DNA of 64,000 nucleotides, taken from contig CAWAKC010000003.1 of the NCBI GenBank assembly GCA_963782525.1, positions 320,001 to 384,000 of the forward strand. Reading direction: 5' to 3'. Numbering within the stretch: the stretch's first letter is position 1; each line of letters starts with the position of its first letter. Shown in pieces: positions 10,695 through 20,172 of the stretch. The position numbers and the translations under genes were made by a program. Source of the DNA: Candidatus Bathyarchaeota archaeon (GTDB lineage: Archaea; Thermoproteota; Bathyarchaeia; Bathyarchaeales; Bathycorpusculaceae). Below the pieces are notes generated by a model, which was not told the DNA's origin, did not search any database, and saw nothing but the letters and a program-made list of their open reading frames with translations.

Positions 10695-10971
10695 TCTTTT
10701 TTTCTCCTGTTGCTGTGATGTACGGATCTACAATATGTCTTTTTAAGACACATCTCTTACGTCTTTATATGCCTCAACAGCCAAATAAACCCTCGGACAT
10801 AACGCAAGCATATCAAAACCTTTCAGCCAACCTGACTGTTGAACACAAGAACAGATCAATACATGAAATACAGCCCAAAAATCAATATTTCAATTCAGCA
10901 AGGAAACTGTACAACAGAAAGACAAAAAACGCTTCTTCAACGGAATTTTCTCAAAACAAAGGGTTCAAGCA

Positions 10972-11154
10972 TTGAACAATAATAGAGAGTTTTTTGGCTG
11001 GATGGGAAGTTGCTTTGGATTTAGAAACAGCCAACCCTACAGCAACCAGAACGTAGCCCCACAAGTACCGTCCACCACAGGTTCAGTTCCGGCACCCAAC
11101 CAGGGCAGGTATGGCAACGGATACGGTTATGGACCATGCATGGGAAGATGGTAA
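10972..11154 (+). pseudogene. Signal-peptide-less paralog fragment of the Gly/Tyr-rich secreted peptide at 14573
   Basis: FFGWMGSCFG...VAPQ...GSVPAP...GYGYGPCMGRW aligns with the 14573 product; no N-terminal leader. Confidence 0.6.
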
Positions 11155-11220
11155 ACAGCCAACTAACCTTTTTTTATCTTGACTCTGAGTCAACAGCTTA
11201 TTGCAACAGGGGTCAAAAGG

Positions 11221-11676
11221 TTAACTATGACTTGTTTTGATACGGCTTTCGACATTGAAACCTTTTGATTTTACAAATTCTATTAATTGTGAATAGAGTT
11301 TATTATCCATCTGGGGGGTTCTGTTTAATATCCACAGATATTTGCGGTTGAGTGTGCCAACAACGGCAAAATCGTAAGCTTCTCCTAATTTTATTATCCA
11401 ATAATCACCATAAAACGGCCAGAAAAATGTCACTTTGAGTTTCGCATTGGAGATTTTGTCCACAACTTTTGCTCTACTTTTTGCCTTTGTGTATTCGCCA
11501 TTTCGTGTGCACTCGTTTAGCAGAGATGTCTCCATTCTTCAGCAGCGAATAGCTAAGCGGTTGTATGTTCGCAATTTTTTTGAAACCTAAGCGGGAAGAT
11601 GAGCAATCTCATACCATTTGCCCAAAAACTTTTCAAACTCTACTTTCGAGACTACTTCAAGTGCATTATTAGTCAA
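11221..11676 (-). pseudogene. blc: Bacterial-type lipocalin (Blc), disrupted
   Basis: Upstream frame reads LEVVSKVEFEKFLGKWYEIAHLP then stop. The downstream frame has AKLKVTFFWPFYGDYWII and RKYLWILNRTPQ. Several frameshifts lie between them. Confidence 0.85.
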
Positions 11677-11836
11677 AATAATCACATTAATAACATGCAA
11701 TCCATCTTGCAAATTAACTTTTTCTTCAAACGTCCAAGTTAAAAGTTAAGCTGGAATACTGATGTTGTTTCAAAAACAAGCCAACATCATTTTATATTAA
11801 ATCAAAGAACAATGGATAGCAAGCCAACAAACTTGC

Positions 11837-11933
11837 TAAGTGAGTTTGGCAGCTAACGCTTGATAAGGCGAAATTCCCCCCCCAACTTTCTGCGCCCCAT
11901 CATATGTTGGCACACGGCTAAACTCACTTAACA
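11837..11933 (+). ncRNA. Candidate hairpin sRNA with C-rich apical loop
   Basis: Nested stems TAAGTGAGTTTGGC/GCTAAACTCACTTA, GCTAAC/GTTGGC, TGAT/ATCA, GGCG/CGCC. G-U pairs favour the + strand. TATA-like TTTATATTAA at 11791-11800. Confidence 0.5.
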
Positions 11934-12061
11934 CAAAATTTTCTAGTCCTAATACCCGGCAGTTAACAGAAAAAACCATCCATTAAGAAGTTAACTGAAC
12001 CAAAGTAAGAAATATTTTAGGCGCACATTAGTTAATTTGAATCTTTCAATAATTTTTTTGT

Positions 12062-12145
12062 TTAAGGGCTGAGCAATAATGATAGGGTTTTGCATTCTCC
12101 CCCTCTCTACTTTTTCCCCAGCCTTCTAACAGCGCCAACCCTTAA
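12062..12145 (+). ncRNA. Candidate hairpin RNA with long C/U-rich loop
   Basis: TTAAGGG/CCCTTAA closing stem around TTCTCCCCCTCTCTACTTTTTCCCC; weaker internal pairing. Confidence 0.3.
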
Positions 12146-12308
12146 CCGCCCCCAATATACTCATTTAAAGATAAATTCTATTCTAACCTAGGAGTTCAAG
12201 CGTTTCGCATAAATGTGTTCTCTAAACTTGCTAACGATTCAGGAAATTAAAGTAAAGGCTAAAATCCTCGGAGACATATAGACAGCATAAATGGGAGAGT
12301 GTTTTTAG

Positions 12309-12623
12309 TTGGGCTCGACGCCAAGTGATTCTGAAAAGAAAGAGCAAGAACCAAGTCCTGTTGACATATCTTCTTTAGACATATACCTGCTTATAGAAGT
12401 ATTTATCATGCTATTGAGCGAAAAAGCATGGCGCTACATAGGATTAAAGGTTGATCCGCGCACTAACAAACTAGATAAAGATCTTACAAAAGCTCACGTT
12501 GCCATAGATTGCATAATCTCACTTGTTGACAAAATTGAGCCTAACTCAGATAAAGCAGAGATAGAACACTTGCGGAGACTAATAACTGATCTACAATTAA
12601 ACTACGCTGAACAGCTCAAATAA
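12309..12623 (+). CDS. DUF1844-like protein
   Basis: AWRYIGL..DP.T....KDL..A.VAID...LITDLQLNY pattern. Confidence 0.75.
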   Translation: MGSTPSDSEKKEQEPSPVDISSLDIYLLIEVFIMLLSEKAWRYIGLKVDPRTNKLDKDLTKAHVAIDCIISLVDKIEPNSDKAEIEHLRRLITDLQLNYAEQLK

Positions 12624-12849
12624 TTAGCAAAGAACCTTAAAGAAAAACAATGATGCCTCTTCGCTTCAATTTATTTGAGTCAATTTGGTTTTTTTCTCAT
12701 TCTGAATAGTCTAGGTGCGGTTGTTTAGTTCTCGTTAGCATTGGTTAAGACTAATCGCATATGGTCTGACATATTTCAATCATTGAAATACTCCTTAAGA
12801 ACACAACAACAATGCTTAAACAAATGAAGACAACTACAGGAGTCACAAT

Positions 12850-13017
12850 TTGAAATCGATTAGAAGAATGGGGCACGGCGTTTTTAGGGGTTGTCCTAAA
12901 CGAAAAGTCTGCAGCTTCCGTGAGATAAATAGTGAGACTTGCATCTATGGTCCCTACAAGTATTGCGGAAAATACCGTTCAATAGCTCAACCAGATAGAA
13001 GAACAAAAGTTGTCTAA
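12850..13017 (+). CDS. 55-aa Cys4 microprotein (not in ORF track)
   Basis: AGGAG SD then TTG: MKSIRRMGHGVFRGCPKRKVCSFREINSETCIYGPYKYCGKYRSIAQPDRRTKVV. Confidence 0.6.
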   Translation: MKSIRRMGHGVFRGCPKRKVCSFREINSETCIYGPYKYCGKYRSIAQPDRRTKVV

Positions 13018-13033
13018 TAAAAATCCAATAGTT

Positions 13034-13102
13034 TTACCATTCTTCCTCTTCCCATTCCTCATCTTCAGTTTCTTCCCATTCCTCTTCCTCTATGAATATC
13101 AT
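13034..13102 (-). CDS. 22-aa hyper-acidic Trp-containing micropeptide (not in ORF track)
   Basis: GAGGTGA SD upstream; MIFIEEEEWEETEDEEWEEEEW. Confidence 0.5.
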   Translation of the reverse strand: MIFIEEEEWEETEDEEWEEEEW

Positions 13103-13277
13103 GTACTTATTTCACCTCACAAAAGTTGAACTAGCTTTCCTTCTCTTTGAAAGCTTTAAGTATTTACATTCGTCAAATGACGTTAAAATTGACCGAATAA
13201 AAAGTGAATCATGCCTAATCTCATTTTGTTTTCACCTAAACGAAGCTCATAAAAAATGAGGAATAGCAATACATCTT

Positions 13278-14250
13278 TTAAACAGGTATTTCGAGGTTTA
13301 ATTGTTTCTTCAGTAATTTGTATCTGTTTCTAACTGTAACTTCGGTAACTCCAGCTGCTTCCGCAATGTCTTTTTGTGTTATCTTTTCATTATTCTGCAT
13401 ACAAGCAATGTAAAGAGCAGCCGCCGCCATACCCATTGGATCTTTTCCTGATGAAAACCGTTTTTGTCTAGCTACCCTCAGTAGTGCAATAGCAGTTCCC
13501 TGCGTTTTGCCTGTTACTTTGTTTTTTTCTGCAATCTTTGAAATAAATGTCAATGGATCAGAAACTGGCATATGAAAATCGAGTTCTTGCAGAATTAGCT
13601 TGTAGCATCTTAACATCTTTCTTATCTACTAGACTTGCTTCGGTGATTTCGCGAAGCGTTTTGGGTGACCCGCCTTTGCGGCAAGCAGCATAAAGAGCCG
13701 CGGCAGCAATGGCGTTGATTGACCTTCCCCGGACTAAGCCTTTGTCTAGTGCTTTTCGGTAGATTAATGCCGCTTTCTCTTTTATCGGGGGAGAAATGTT
13801 TACTTTGCTGGCTAAACGCTCAAGTTCAGCCATCGCTTGAGCAAGGTTTCGATCGACAGATGAATGCACTCGACTACGTATTTGCCATTTTCTAAGACGC
13901 CACATTTGCAATCTTGTAGATATGGGCAGTTTTCTACCAAATGCATCTCTGTCAATTTGACTAATAGTCGTGGACAACCCTTTGTCATGAATGGAATAGG
14001 AAATAGGCATTCCGACGCGGCTTCTTGACGCTTTTTCTTGTTGTGTAAAAGCGCGCCATTCAGGGCCTTTATCTAACATTTGTTCGTAGCAAACTAGACC
14101 GCAGTCACCGCATATAGTTTCGCCGGTATCGTAATCGTGAACAAGATTTTTGCTTGAACATTCTGGGCAATTCTCAGCTATAACCTGTTGGCTTTTAGAA
14201 CCTTCTTTATTCAAATTAACTTGATTTACACTCATTTTTTTCAAACTCAA
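13278..14250 (-). pseudogene. tfb: Transcription initiation factor IIB, split by a frameshift at ~13610
   Basis: Zn ribbon CPEC...CGDCG, GPEWRAF and cyclin repeats. Expected VDKKDVARCY reads GAT GTT AAG ATG CTAC (2 nt missing). The C-terminal part (GVTEVTVRNRY) is in the 13278..13616 frame. Confidence 0.9.
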
Positions 14251-14572
14251 TTAATTTGCCCAGAATCGCATTCAATCATAAAAATGCCAATAGCATAACA
14301 AGTGATGCCGATAATCCGTGCAATGACATAAGGAATAAGAGAGATTATTATAGATAAGTTTGTTTTTTGGTTATTTTCATGGTATATTAAACCACTTGTT
14401 ACTTACTAATTTCAAAGCCTAATTTTTCTACTCCCGCAGTAAATCGAAATTGATTTTTTTATTAAAATAATGATTTACTCAAAACTTTGAACTGTTTCTT
14501 GAATTGTTTCAGTTTTGTTTCAGCCAACTACCATAAGCCTCCATGCACATATCATAATATGGTGATAAACAC

Positions 14573-14874
14573 ATGCAAAGAACAAAAATCGTAATAGCCT
14601 TAGCCGCTGTGGCGGCTTTAACCTTAGTCGCGTTTGGAGTGGCTTCAGCCCAATTAGCCACCAACCAACCAGACACAACCACAAACCCCAGTGCTGCTCC
14701 AAACAATGGATTTCTTGGTTGGATTGGCAGCTGCTTTGGATACGGAGCAAACCAAGCCTACAACAACAGGTATGTAGCACCTCAAGCTCCAACCGACGGC
14801 TCCGTTCCAGCACCTACCCCTATCAAGGCGGCTATGGATACGGAAACGGCTATGGACCATGCTGGGCAAGATAA
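14573..14874 (+). CDS. Small secreted Gly/Tyr/Pro-rich protein with two Cys; 1-nt frameshift in the C-run at 14817-14820
   Basis: Signal peptide (...GVASA-Q). Adding one C restores ...PAPTPYQGGYGYGNGYGPCWAR* (stop 14872-14874), matching the paralog at 10972. Confidence 0.72.
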
Positions 14875-15059
14875 AACAAACTTAACTCTTGCTCAAACAA
14901 GATCCATTTTTATTTCTAAATTTATCTTGCCTTACAAATTTAACTTCGCTTATTTTAAGCGGGCAAATTCACAAGCTTGCAAAGTCGAGTTGACAAATCG
15001 GTTATTTGCGCTTCTTAACAAGCTTTTTCTACCAACTTGGCCTAATAAAACACATGTTA

Positions 15060-15111
15060 AGGGGTGTGACCGGTTTCTCCTTTTCTCCTTTCCGGAAAAA
15101 CTCACACCCCT
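15060..15111 (+). ncRNA. Hairpin with tandem TTCTCC loop
   Basis: Perfect 10-bp stem AGGGGTGTGA/TCACACCCCT, inner CCGG/CCGG, loop TTTCTCCTTTTCTCCTTT. Confidence 0.4.
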
Positions 15112-15177
15112 AACCCCATTCCAAATAGAGAGTTCAAATCCAAAGAAAAGGAGAGTGTTTTTATTTATCTTAACAAA

Positions 15178-15339
15178 TTAGATTTTCTGTTTGCTAAGTA
15201 CCGTCCTAAAAGTTTTGCCACAGCACTCGCACAGACCTATCGTGAGCTCCATTCTCTTCCCTGCTTTGTCAGGCCTGCCAGCCATCTTCCAAGATTTTTT
15301 AGGAGCAACTTCCTTACCGCACTTTGGACATTTCGCCAT
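15178..15339 (-). CDS. Cren7-like chromatin protein with Cys pairs
   Basis: MAKCPKCGKEVAPKKSWKMAGRPDKAGKRMELTIGLCECCGKTFRTVL resembles the Cren7 P.K.W.L...IGLF...GK.FR pattern; GAGGGAGG SD before ATG 15339. Confidence 0.7.
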   Translation of the reverse strand: MAKCPKCGKEVAPKKSWKMAGRPDKAGKRMELTIGLCECCGKTFRTVLSKQKI

Positions 15340-15469
15340 AAATTCGCCTCCCTCAAAAGTAATGATAGAATTGTTGATCACACCCACGAATAAAACTTTG
15401 CTAAATCAACGTATAAAAAATGAAAGACTTCAAAACAAGAATACAATCTGGTGTTTTTTTAGGCTTTCT

Positions 15470-15688
15470 TTATTGCCCATGACTTTTTTCAAGATGTAAA
15501 TCAAGGTCAGCCTTCGTATTGAATGATTTTCCGCAAACAGGACAAATGAAATCCTCTGTCTCCTCCTTTTCAAGGGGTTCATGATCAGGCAACGGATTCT
15601 TTACTTCCGGTGAAGGCGGAACAACTTCATTTGTTTCTGGAGGAATTTCCGGTGTTGGTTTAATATAGGGTAAATCTGGTTCAGTCAT
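15470..15688 (-). CDS. Pro/Glu-rich protein with C-terminal C2H2 zinc finger
   Basis: FICPVCGKSFNTKADLDLHLEKSH. Confidence 0.8.
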   Translation of the reverse strand: MTEPDLPYIKPTPEIPPETNEVVPPSPEVKNPLPDHEPLEKEETEDFICPVCGKSFNTKADLDLHLEKSHGQ

Positions 15689-15825
15689 TCTAAATCAAAA
15701 TTGATAGTTGAAACTCTTTTCTTAAACATATGTGATAGCCTTCCACAGCAACAAATAATCGCTCGTCGAGTTACTTTTATAATGTTGATAGGTCTTAGCT
15801 ACAGTATCCATAGTGAGGTGTTTTA

Positions 15826-15951
15826 GTGGTTTTATCACGAGATTGTGACGGATGCGAAAGATCCTCCAAATGCAAAATTCGTTATCAACAAGTTACTGTT
15901 GGTGAAAAAGTTTATTGTCCGGACGGAACAGTGCACCTAGTTGACTGTTAA
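15826..15951 (+). CDS. 41-aa Cys-rich microprotein (not in ORF track)
   Basis: GAGGTG SD then GTG: MVLSRDCDGCERSSKCKIRYQQVTVGEKVYCPDGTVHLVDC. Confidence 0.62.
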   Translation: MVLSRDCDGCERSSKCKIRYQQVTVGEKVYCPDGTVHLVDC

Positions 15952-16030
15952 GTTCTTTGGAAATTGTTGTTGCCTATACACTGCCATATTTCCTTCAGTG
16001 TTTTGGATTGGAGACGGTTTCTAAAGGGAC

Positions 16031-16105
16031 TCACCATTCGTCTCTTTTGCTTATTGCTTCCTGTTTTTGATCTTGTTCTATTTCACGGTAAATGTCTTTT
16101 GCCAA
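16031..16105 (-). CDS. Possible 24-aa micropeptide
   Basis: AGGTGA SD then TTG: MAKDIYREIEQDQKQEAISKRDEW. Confidence 0.3.
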   Translation of the reverse strand: MAKDIYREIEQDQKQEAISKRDEW

Positions 16106-16364
16106 AGAGTCACCTATTTTTGCGAGAGGAGAATCTCCCATTAGCCACACCAACAAGTTAGCGATTAGTTTGAAACTGCATTAAAGCTTTGCGAAGTGGT
16201 GTTTATGGAGAAATAAATTGTTGGCCACACATGGGACAAACTAAAAGGGTATTTTTTGGGTATTTCAAGAATTGATAAAATTTTAAATTTCCACTATTAA
16301 ACTGCTTGCTTATAATTAGTTGCAATTAGAAAAAAAAGAAAAAAGGAATTATTGCAGTCTAGGG

Positions 16365-18281
16365 CTATTTCACTTTGTAGTCCTCTGAGTCGACAACGTG
16401 TTCGCCTTCGGGTCCTGCTTCGGGTCCGCCGCTTGGTGGTGGTTCTTGGCCCATGTCTGGTTGTGGACCGCCTTGTTGTGGTCCAGCTTGACCTTGTTGC
16501 TTCGCTGCCTCGGCTGCTGCCTGCTGATAAACTTTAGTTCCGACTTCTTGCAGAACCTTCTGAAGTGCATCGGTTTTGGCTTTGACTTGCACCATGTCGT
16601 TGCTTGCTAATGCATTTTTGAGTTCTGTTACGGCTGCGTCGATTTTGCCTGTTTCCTCTGCTGAAAGTTTTCCTGCAAGATCAGTTTTGGTTCGTTCAGC
16701 TGTATAGACGAGGCTATCTGCATTGTTTCGGGTTTCTGCGTCTTCCTTAGTCTTGCGATCTTGATCCGCGAATTGTTCTGCGTCTTTGATTAGCCGTTCC
16801 TTCTCTTCTTTGGAAAGCTTCGTTGATGCTGATATGGTGATTTTAGACTGTTTGCCAGTGGCGCGGTCTTTGGCCGTTACGTTTAGGATGCCGTTCGCAT
16901 CTATGTCAAAGGTTACTTCGATTTGCGGAACTCCGCGTGGTGCTGGTGGTAGGTCAACGAGGTTGAATTCGCCCAGTGAGACGTTATTGGCTGCCATTGG
17001 TCGTTCGCCTTGCAAGACATGGATGGTGACTGCGGTTTGGAAATCTGCGGCTGTTGTGAAGACTTGGCTCCGTTTGGTGGGTATGGTAGTGTTTTTCTCC
17101 ATTACTTTGGTGAATACTCCACCCATAGTTTCGAGGCCAAGGGTTAATGGTGTAACGTCTAAGAGCAGTAGGTCGGTGACTTCGCCTGAAACAACTCCGC
17201 CTTGAATGGCTGCGCCGATTGCGACGCTTTCCATGGGGTCAATTCCGCGTTCAGGAGCTTTGCCCAAGATTTGTTCAACGAAGCGTTGTACGAGGGGCAT
17301 TCTAGTCATGCCTCCGATAAGGATGATTTTGTCGATTCCTTGGGGAGTTAGCTTGGCGTCTTCGAGGGCTTTTAGGAGTGTAGGTCTTGTGCGTTCGACA
17401 ATGGGTTGGGCGAGAGATTCAAGCTTAGTCCGCGTCAATGTTAAGCGGAGATGTTTTGGTCCTGATGCGTCTGCTGTTAAGAATGGTAGGTCAATGTCGG
17501 TGCTCATGAGCGTGGACAGCTCGATTTTGGCTTTTTCAGCGGCTTCTTTTAACCGTGCCATGGCCATCCGATCGCCTGAAATGTCTATTCCGTTTTGTCG
17601 TTTGAATTCTCCAAGGATGTAGTCTACGACTGCTTTATCAACGTCTGTTCCGCCCAGTTGAGTGTCTCCGCTTGTGCTTAGTACTTGAAAGACTCCTTTG
17701 CCAAAGTCCATTAGAGTTACATCGTGGGTTCCGCCGCCGAAGCTGAACACGAGAATTTTCATTTCATGCTGAAGTTTATCAATGCCGTATGCAAGGCATG
17801 CAGCGGTGGGTTCGTTGATTATTCGCATGACTTGGAACCCTGCAATTTCCCCGGCATCTTTAGTAGCCTGTCGCTGGTTGTCGTTGAAGTGAGCTGGAAC
17901 AGTAATGACTGCTTTGCTGATTGTGCCGCCAAGGTAGGTTTCTGCGTCCTTCTTTATCTTCTGCAATATGAACGCTGAGATCTGCTGCGGTGTGTATTCT
18001 TTGCCGTAGATGTTGACTTTGTAGTCCGTACCCATTTTCCGTTTGATTTCGAAGACTGTGCCTTCCGCGTTGGTGGTTGCTTGGCGTTTTGCCGATTCAC
18101 CTACCAAGAGTTGACCGTCTTTTGTGAAGGCAACCACTGACGGAAACATCTTGCCCGCCATAGTGGGTCCTTCTGCACTTGGAATAACCGTTGCATGTCC
18201 GCCTTCATATATAGCAGCAGCTGAATTGGTTGTTCCCAAATCGATACCTAACACTTTTTCATTTGTTTTTGGATTACTCAT
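16365..18281 (-). CDS. dnaK: Chaperone DnaK (Hsp70)
   Basis: [46 protein letters not shown]. Confidence 0.98.
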   Translation of the reverse strand: MSNPKTNEKVLGIDLGTTNSAAAIYEGGHATVIPSAEGPTMAGKMFPSVVAFTKDGQLLVGESAKRQATTNAEGTVFEIKRKMGTDYKVNIYGKEYTPQQISAFILQKIKKDAETYLGGTISKAVITVPAHFNDNQRQATKDAGEIAGFQVMRIINEPTAACLAYGIDKLQHEMKILVFSFGGGTHDVTLMDFGKGVFQVLSTSGDTQLGGTDVDKAVVDYILGEFKRQNGIDISGDRMAMARLKEAAEKAKIELSTLMSTDIDLPFLTADASGPKHLRLTLTRTKLESLAQPIVERTRPTLLKALEDAKLTPQGIDKIILIGGMTRMPLVQRFVEQILGKAPERGIDPMESVAIGAAIQGGVVSGEVTDLLLLDVTPLTLGLETMGGVFTKVMEKNTTIPTKRSQVFTTAADFQTAVTIHVLQGERPMAANNVSLGEFNLVDLPPAPRGVPQIEVTFDIDANGILNVTAKDRATGKQSKITISASTKLSKEEKERLIKDAEQFADQDRKTKEDAETRNNADSLVYTAERTKTDLAGKLSAEETGKIDAAVTELKNALASNDMVQVKAKTDALQKVLQEVGTKVYQQAAAEAAKQQGQAGPQQGGPQPDMGQEPPPSGGPEAGPEGEHVVDSEDYKVK

Positions 18282-18821
18282 TTATTTTTTTTCCTCCGAA
18301 TTTTGGTTACTTTGATTTTCTTTTTTTGTTGACTTTACAGCTACTTTGACGATGGTTGGCCGTATAACTTTGCCACGCATCATGTAGCCTTTCCTGATTT
18401 CTTCTAGAACCGTGCACTCGGGCACATCTTCTTTTTCTTCGGTGACGACGGCGTTGTGGCGGGCTGGATCAAAAATTTTGCCCTCTGGGCTCTCTATTGG
18501 TGTAACGCCTTCTTGCTCAAGAACCTTTCTGAGCTTCTTCAACGTCAATTCAACTCCCTCAATCAGGGATTCGGGAGAGGTGGAGATTTCTCCGTTCTTA
18601 ACTGCCAACTCTAACTCATCCACCACATCTAACAGCGAAATAATAATGCGTTCGTTGCTATAGTTTTTAATTTGCTCCGCTTCTCTATCGAAACGTTTCT
18701 TTTGATTCTCGAAATCTGCCTGCAAATATCTTAGCCTCGTCAGATAATCTTCGGAACGCTTCTTCTCAGATTCCAAAAGCTCCTCAAAATTAACTGGCTG
18801 AGGCTCTTGCGCATCAACCAT
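18282..18821 (-). CDS. grpE: Nucleotide exchange factor GrpE
   Basis: LQADFENQKKR, FDPARHNAV, RKGYMMRGKVIRPTIVKV; abuts dnaK. Confidence 0.96.
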   Translation of the reverse strand: MVDAQEPQPVNFEELLESEKKRSEDYLTRLRYLQADFENQKKRFDREAEQIKNYSNERIIISLLDVVDELELAVKNGEISTSPESLIEGVELTLKKLRKVLEQEGVTPIESPEGKIFDPARHNAVVTEEKEDVPECTVLEEIRKGYMMRGKVIRPTIVKVAVKSTKKENQSNQNSEEKK

Positions 18822-18943
18822 TAGCTTGTCCTCCTCTTGCTAGACGAATCCGAACTAATAAACGCAATCAGTGGATGCAATTTGCTGTGGATTATTATTG
18901 CGGGGAAATACCCTGACATTGGAGCATTTTTTTGAAGGGACAT
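18821..18943 (-). CDS. Possible 40-aa ORF translationally coupled to grpE
   Basis: AAGGAG SD, ATG 18943, MSLQKNAPMSGYFPAIIIHSKLHPLIAFISSDSSSKRRTS; its TAA overlaps the grpE ATG (TAATG). Confidence 0.35.
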   Translation of the reverse strand: MSLQKNAPMSGYFPAIIIHSKLHPLIAFISSDSSSKRRTS

Positions 18944-18955
18944 GGCTTTTTCTCC

Positions 18956-19360
18956 TTAACTAATGTATTTTGGTTTTTTAGTTTTTGATACGTCCGGTTC
19001 TTGGGGTGGCAAAGCAGGGGTTTGGCTTTGATTAATTTGCCCGCCTTGAGCTAGGCCAGCTTGTTCAACTAGTTTTTTGAAGATGATTTCGGCGACTTGG
19101 TCTCCGACTGATTCTTCTTTAAGTTCGTTGCTGAAGGCATGTTTTTTAAAGGATTCAACTATTTCGTTTTTATCTATGCAAATTGTAGGTTTTGCGCTTT
19201 CATTCCAGGCTGCGGTCATTAGTTTATAGCCTAATTCAATGAATATGTTTACCATAGTGGTGTAATCTATATCTAGAGGTGCATCCCCCGTTAGGAAGCG
19301 CCCTTTTGTAAGCAGGATTTTTTTATCGTTTTCCGGCGTTACTGTTAAGCTTCTACGCAT
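18956..19360 (-). CDS. Hypothetical protein heading the grpE-dnaK operon; possible ribbon-helix-helix regulator
   Basis: N-terminal MRRSLTV strand followed by two predicted helices (...DYTTMVNIFIELG); GGTGA SD. Confidence 0.65.
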   Translation of the reverse strand: MRRSLTVTPENDKKILLTKGRFLTGDAPLDIDYTTMVNIFIELGYKLMTAAWNESAKPTICIDKNEIVESFKKHAFSNELKEESVGDQVAEIIFKKLVEQAGLAQGGQINQSQTPALPPQEPDVSKTKKPKYIS

Positions 19361-19400
19361 TTATTCACCAGCGTTTGGTGCCTTTTGCACCGCTTCACCT

Positions 19401-19430
19401 TAAGCACACTTGTGCATGGTTGCTTATAAA
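19401..19430 (-). promoter_or_regulatory. TATA box overlapped by an inverted repeat upstream of the dnaK operon
   Basis: TAAGCACAC-N8-GGTTGCTTA (19401-19426) overlaps the minus-strand TTTATAA (19424-19430); TTAAGCACAC recurs at 19481-19490. Confidence 0.5.
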
Positions 19431-19541
19431 TTTTCTGCAAAAAATAACAAAAAGCCAAGAAAAGAACGTTCAAAAAGCGGTTAAGCACACATTTCAATAC
19501 GTTAAGCTTTCACAAAATCTAAAACTATCTCTAAAGCCGAG

Positions 19542-20078
19542 TTATGGGTTACTTTCAGGCACAAGTTGAACTCTATTAATCAGCAACATGTCATGGGCAT
19601 AGTCGACTTGGCAATCAAAAAGATAGGTTTGGTTAACCACAATGCTGCCATACAAAGTCGCGTTGTTGGCAATGTAGAACGTCCGACCGTTAGCAAGATT
19701 AACCGCATAGTGCACGGAGGGTTTATCGTTAACTGCAACTTTTGAAATTACCAAGCCCCCTTGAGGATTAACACTTTGGATTTGTAACATATGGTCGTTA
19801 AAGTTGATGCGGCAATCAAAAAGGTACGTTTGGTTTTCTATAATGCTGTTATAGAGCACCGTATCGTTTTGGATGTAGAGTGTTCGTCCATCCGAGAGGC
19901 TAACCCCGTAATTTACTTTGGGCTTATCGGTGATTGGCGATTTTGACGTCACCAGCCCCCTCTCTTCGTCAGGAGCAGTTGAGTTGGTTATGGCATCTTG
20001 AGTGACTAAGACAATGACTCCTAAAGCAACCATCGAAACCATTACAGCGCCAAGCACAGTTAATTTGAAAGCATCCAT
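19542..20078 (-). CDS. Membrane-anchored protein with a tandemly duplicated ~65-aa beta domain
   Basis: N-terminal TM; two copies of GLVxSK...DKPxVxYxVxLxxGRTxYIxN...NQTYLFDC. Confidence 0.75.
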   Translation of the reverse strand: MDAFKLTVLGAVMVSMVALGVIVLVTQDAITNSTAPDEERGLVTSKSPITDKPKVNYGVSLSDGRTLYIQNDTVLYNSIIENQTYLFDCRINFNDHMLQIQSVNPQGGLVISKVAVNDKPSVHYAVNLANGRTFYIANNATLYGSIVVNQTYLFDCQVDYAHDMLLINRVQLVPESNP

Positions 20079-20172
20079 GTCATGACCCCCTCAGACTGCT
20101 TGATATAGAACGGGTTCTTAATAAAAAAATCGATAACTGATCGGAAAAAACGAAAAGGAAGAGGATTCGGCG

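Noticed and set aside
14875-15181. C-terminal extension of the 202-aa ORF at 14573
   Set aside because: Artefact of the frameshift at 14817-14820; the paralog supports a stop at 14874.
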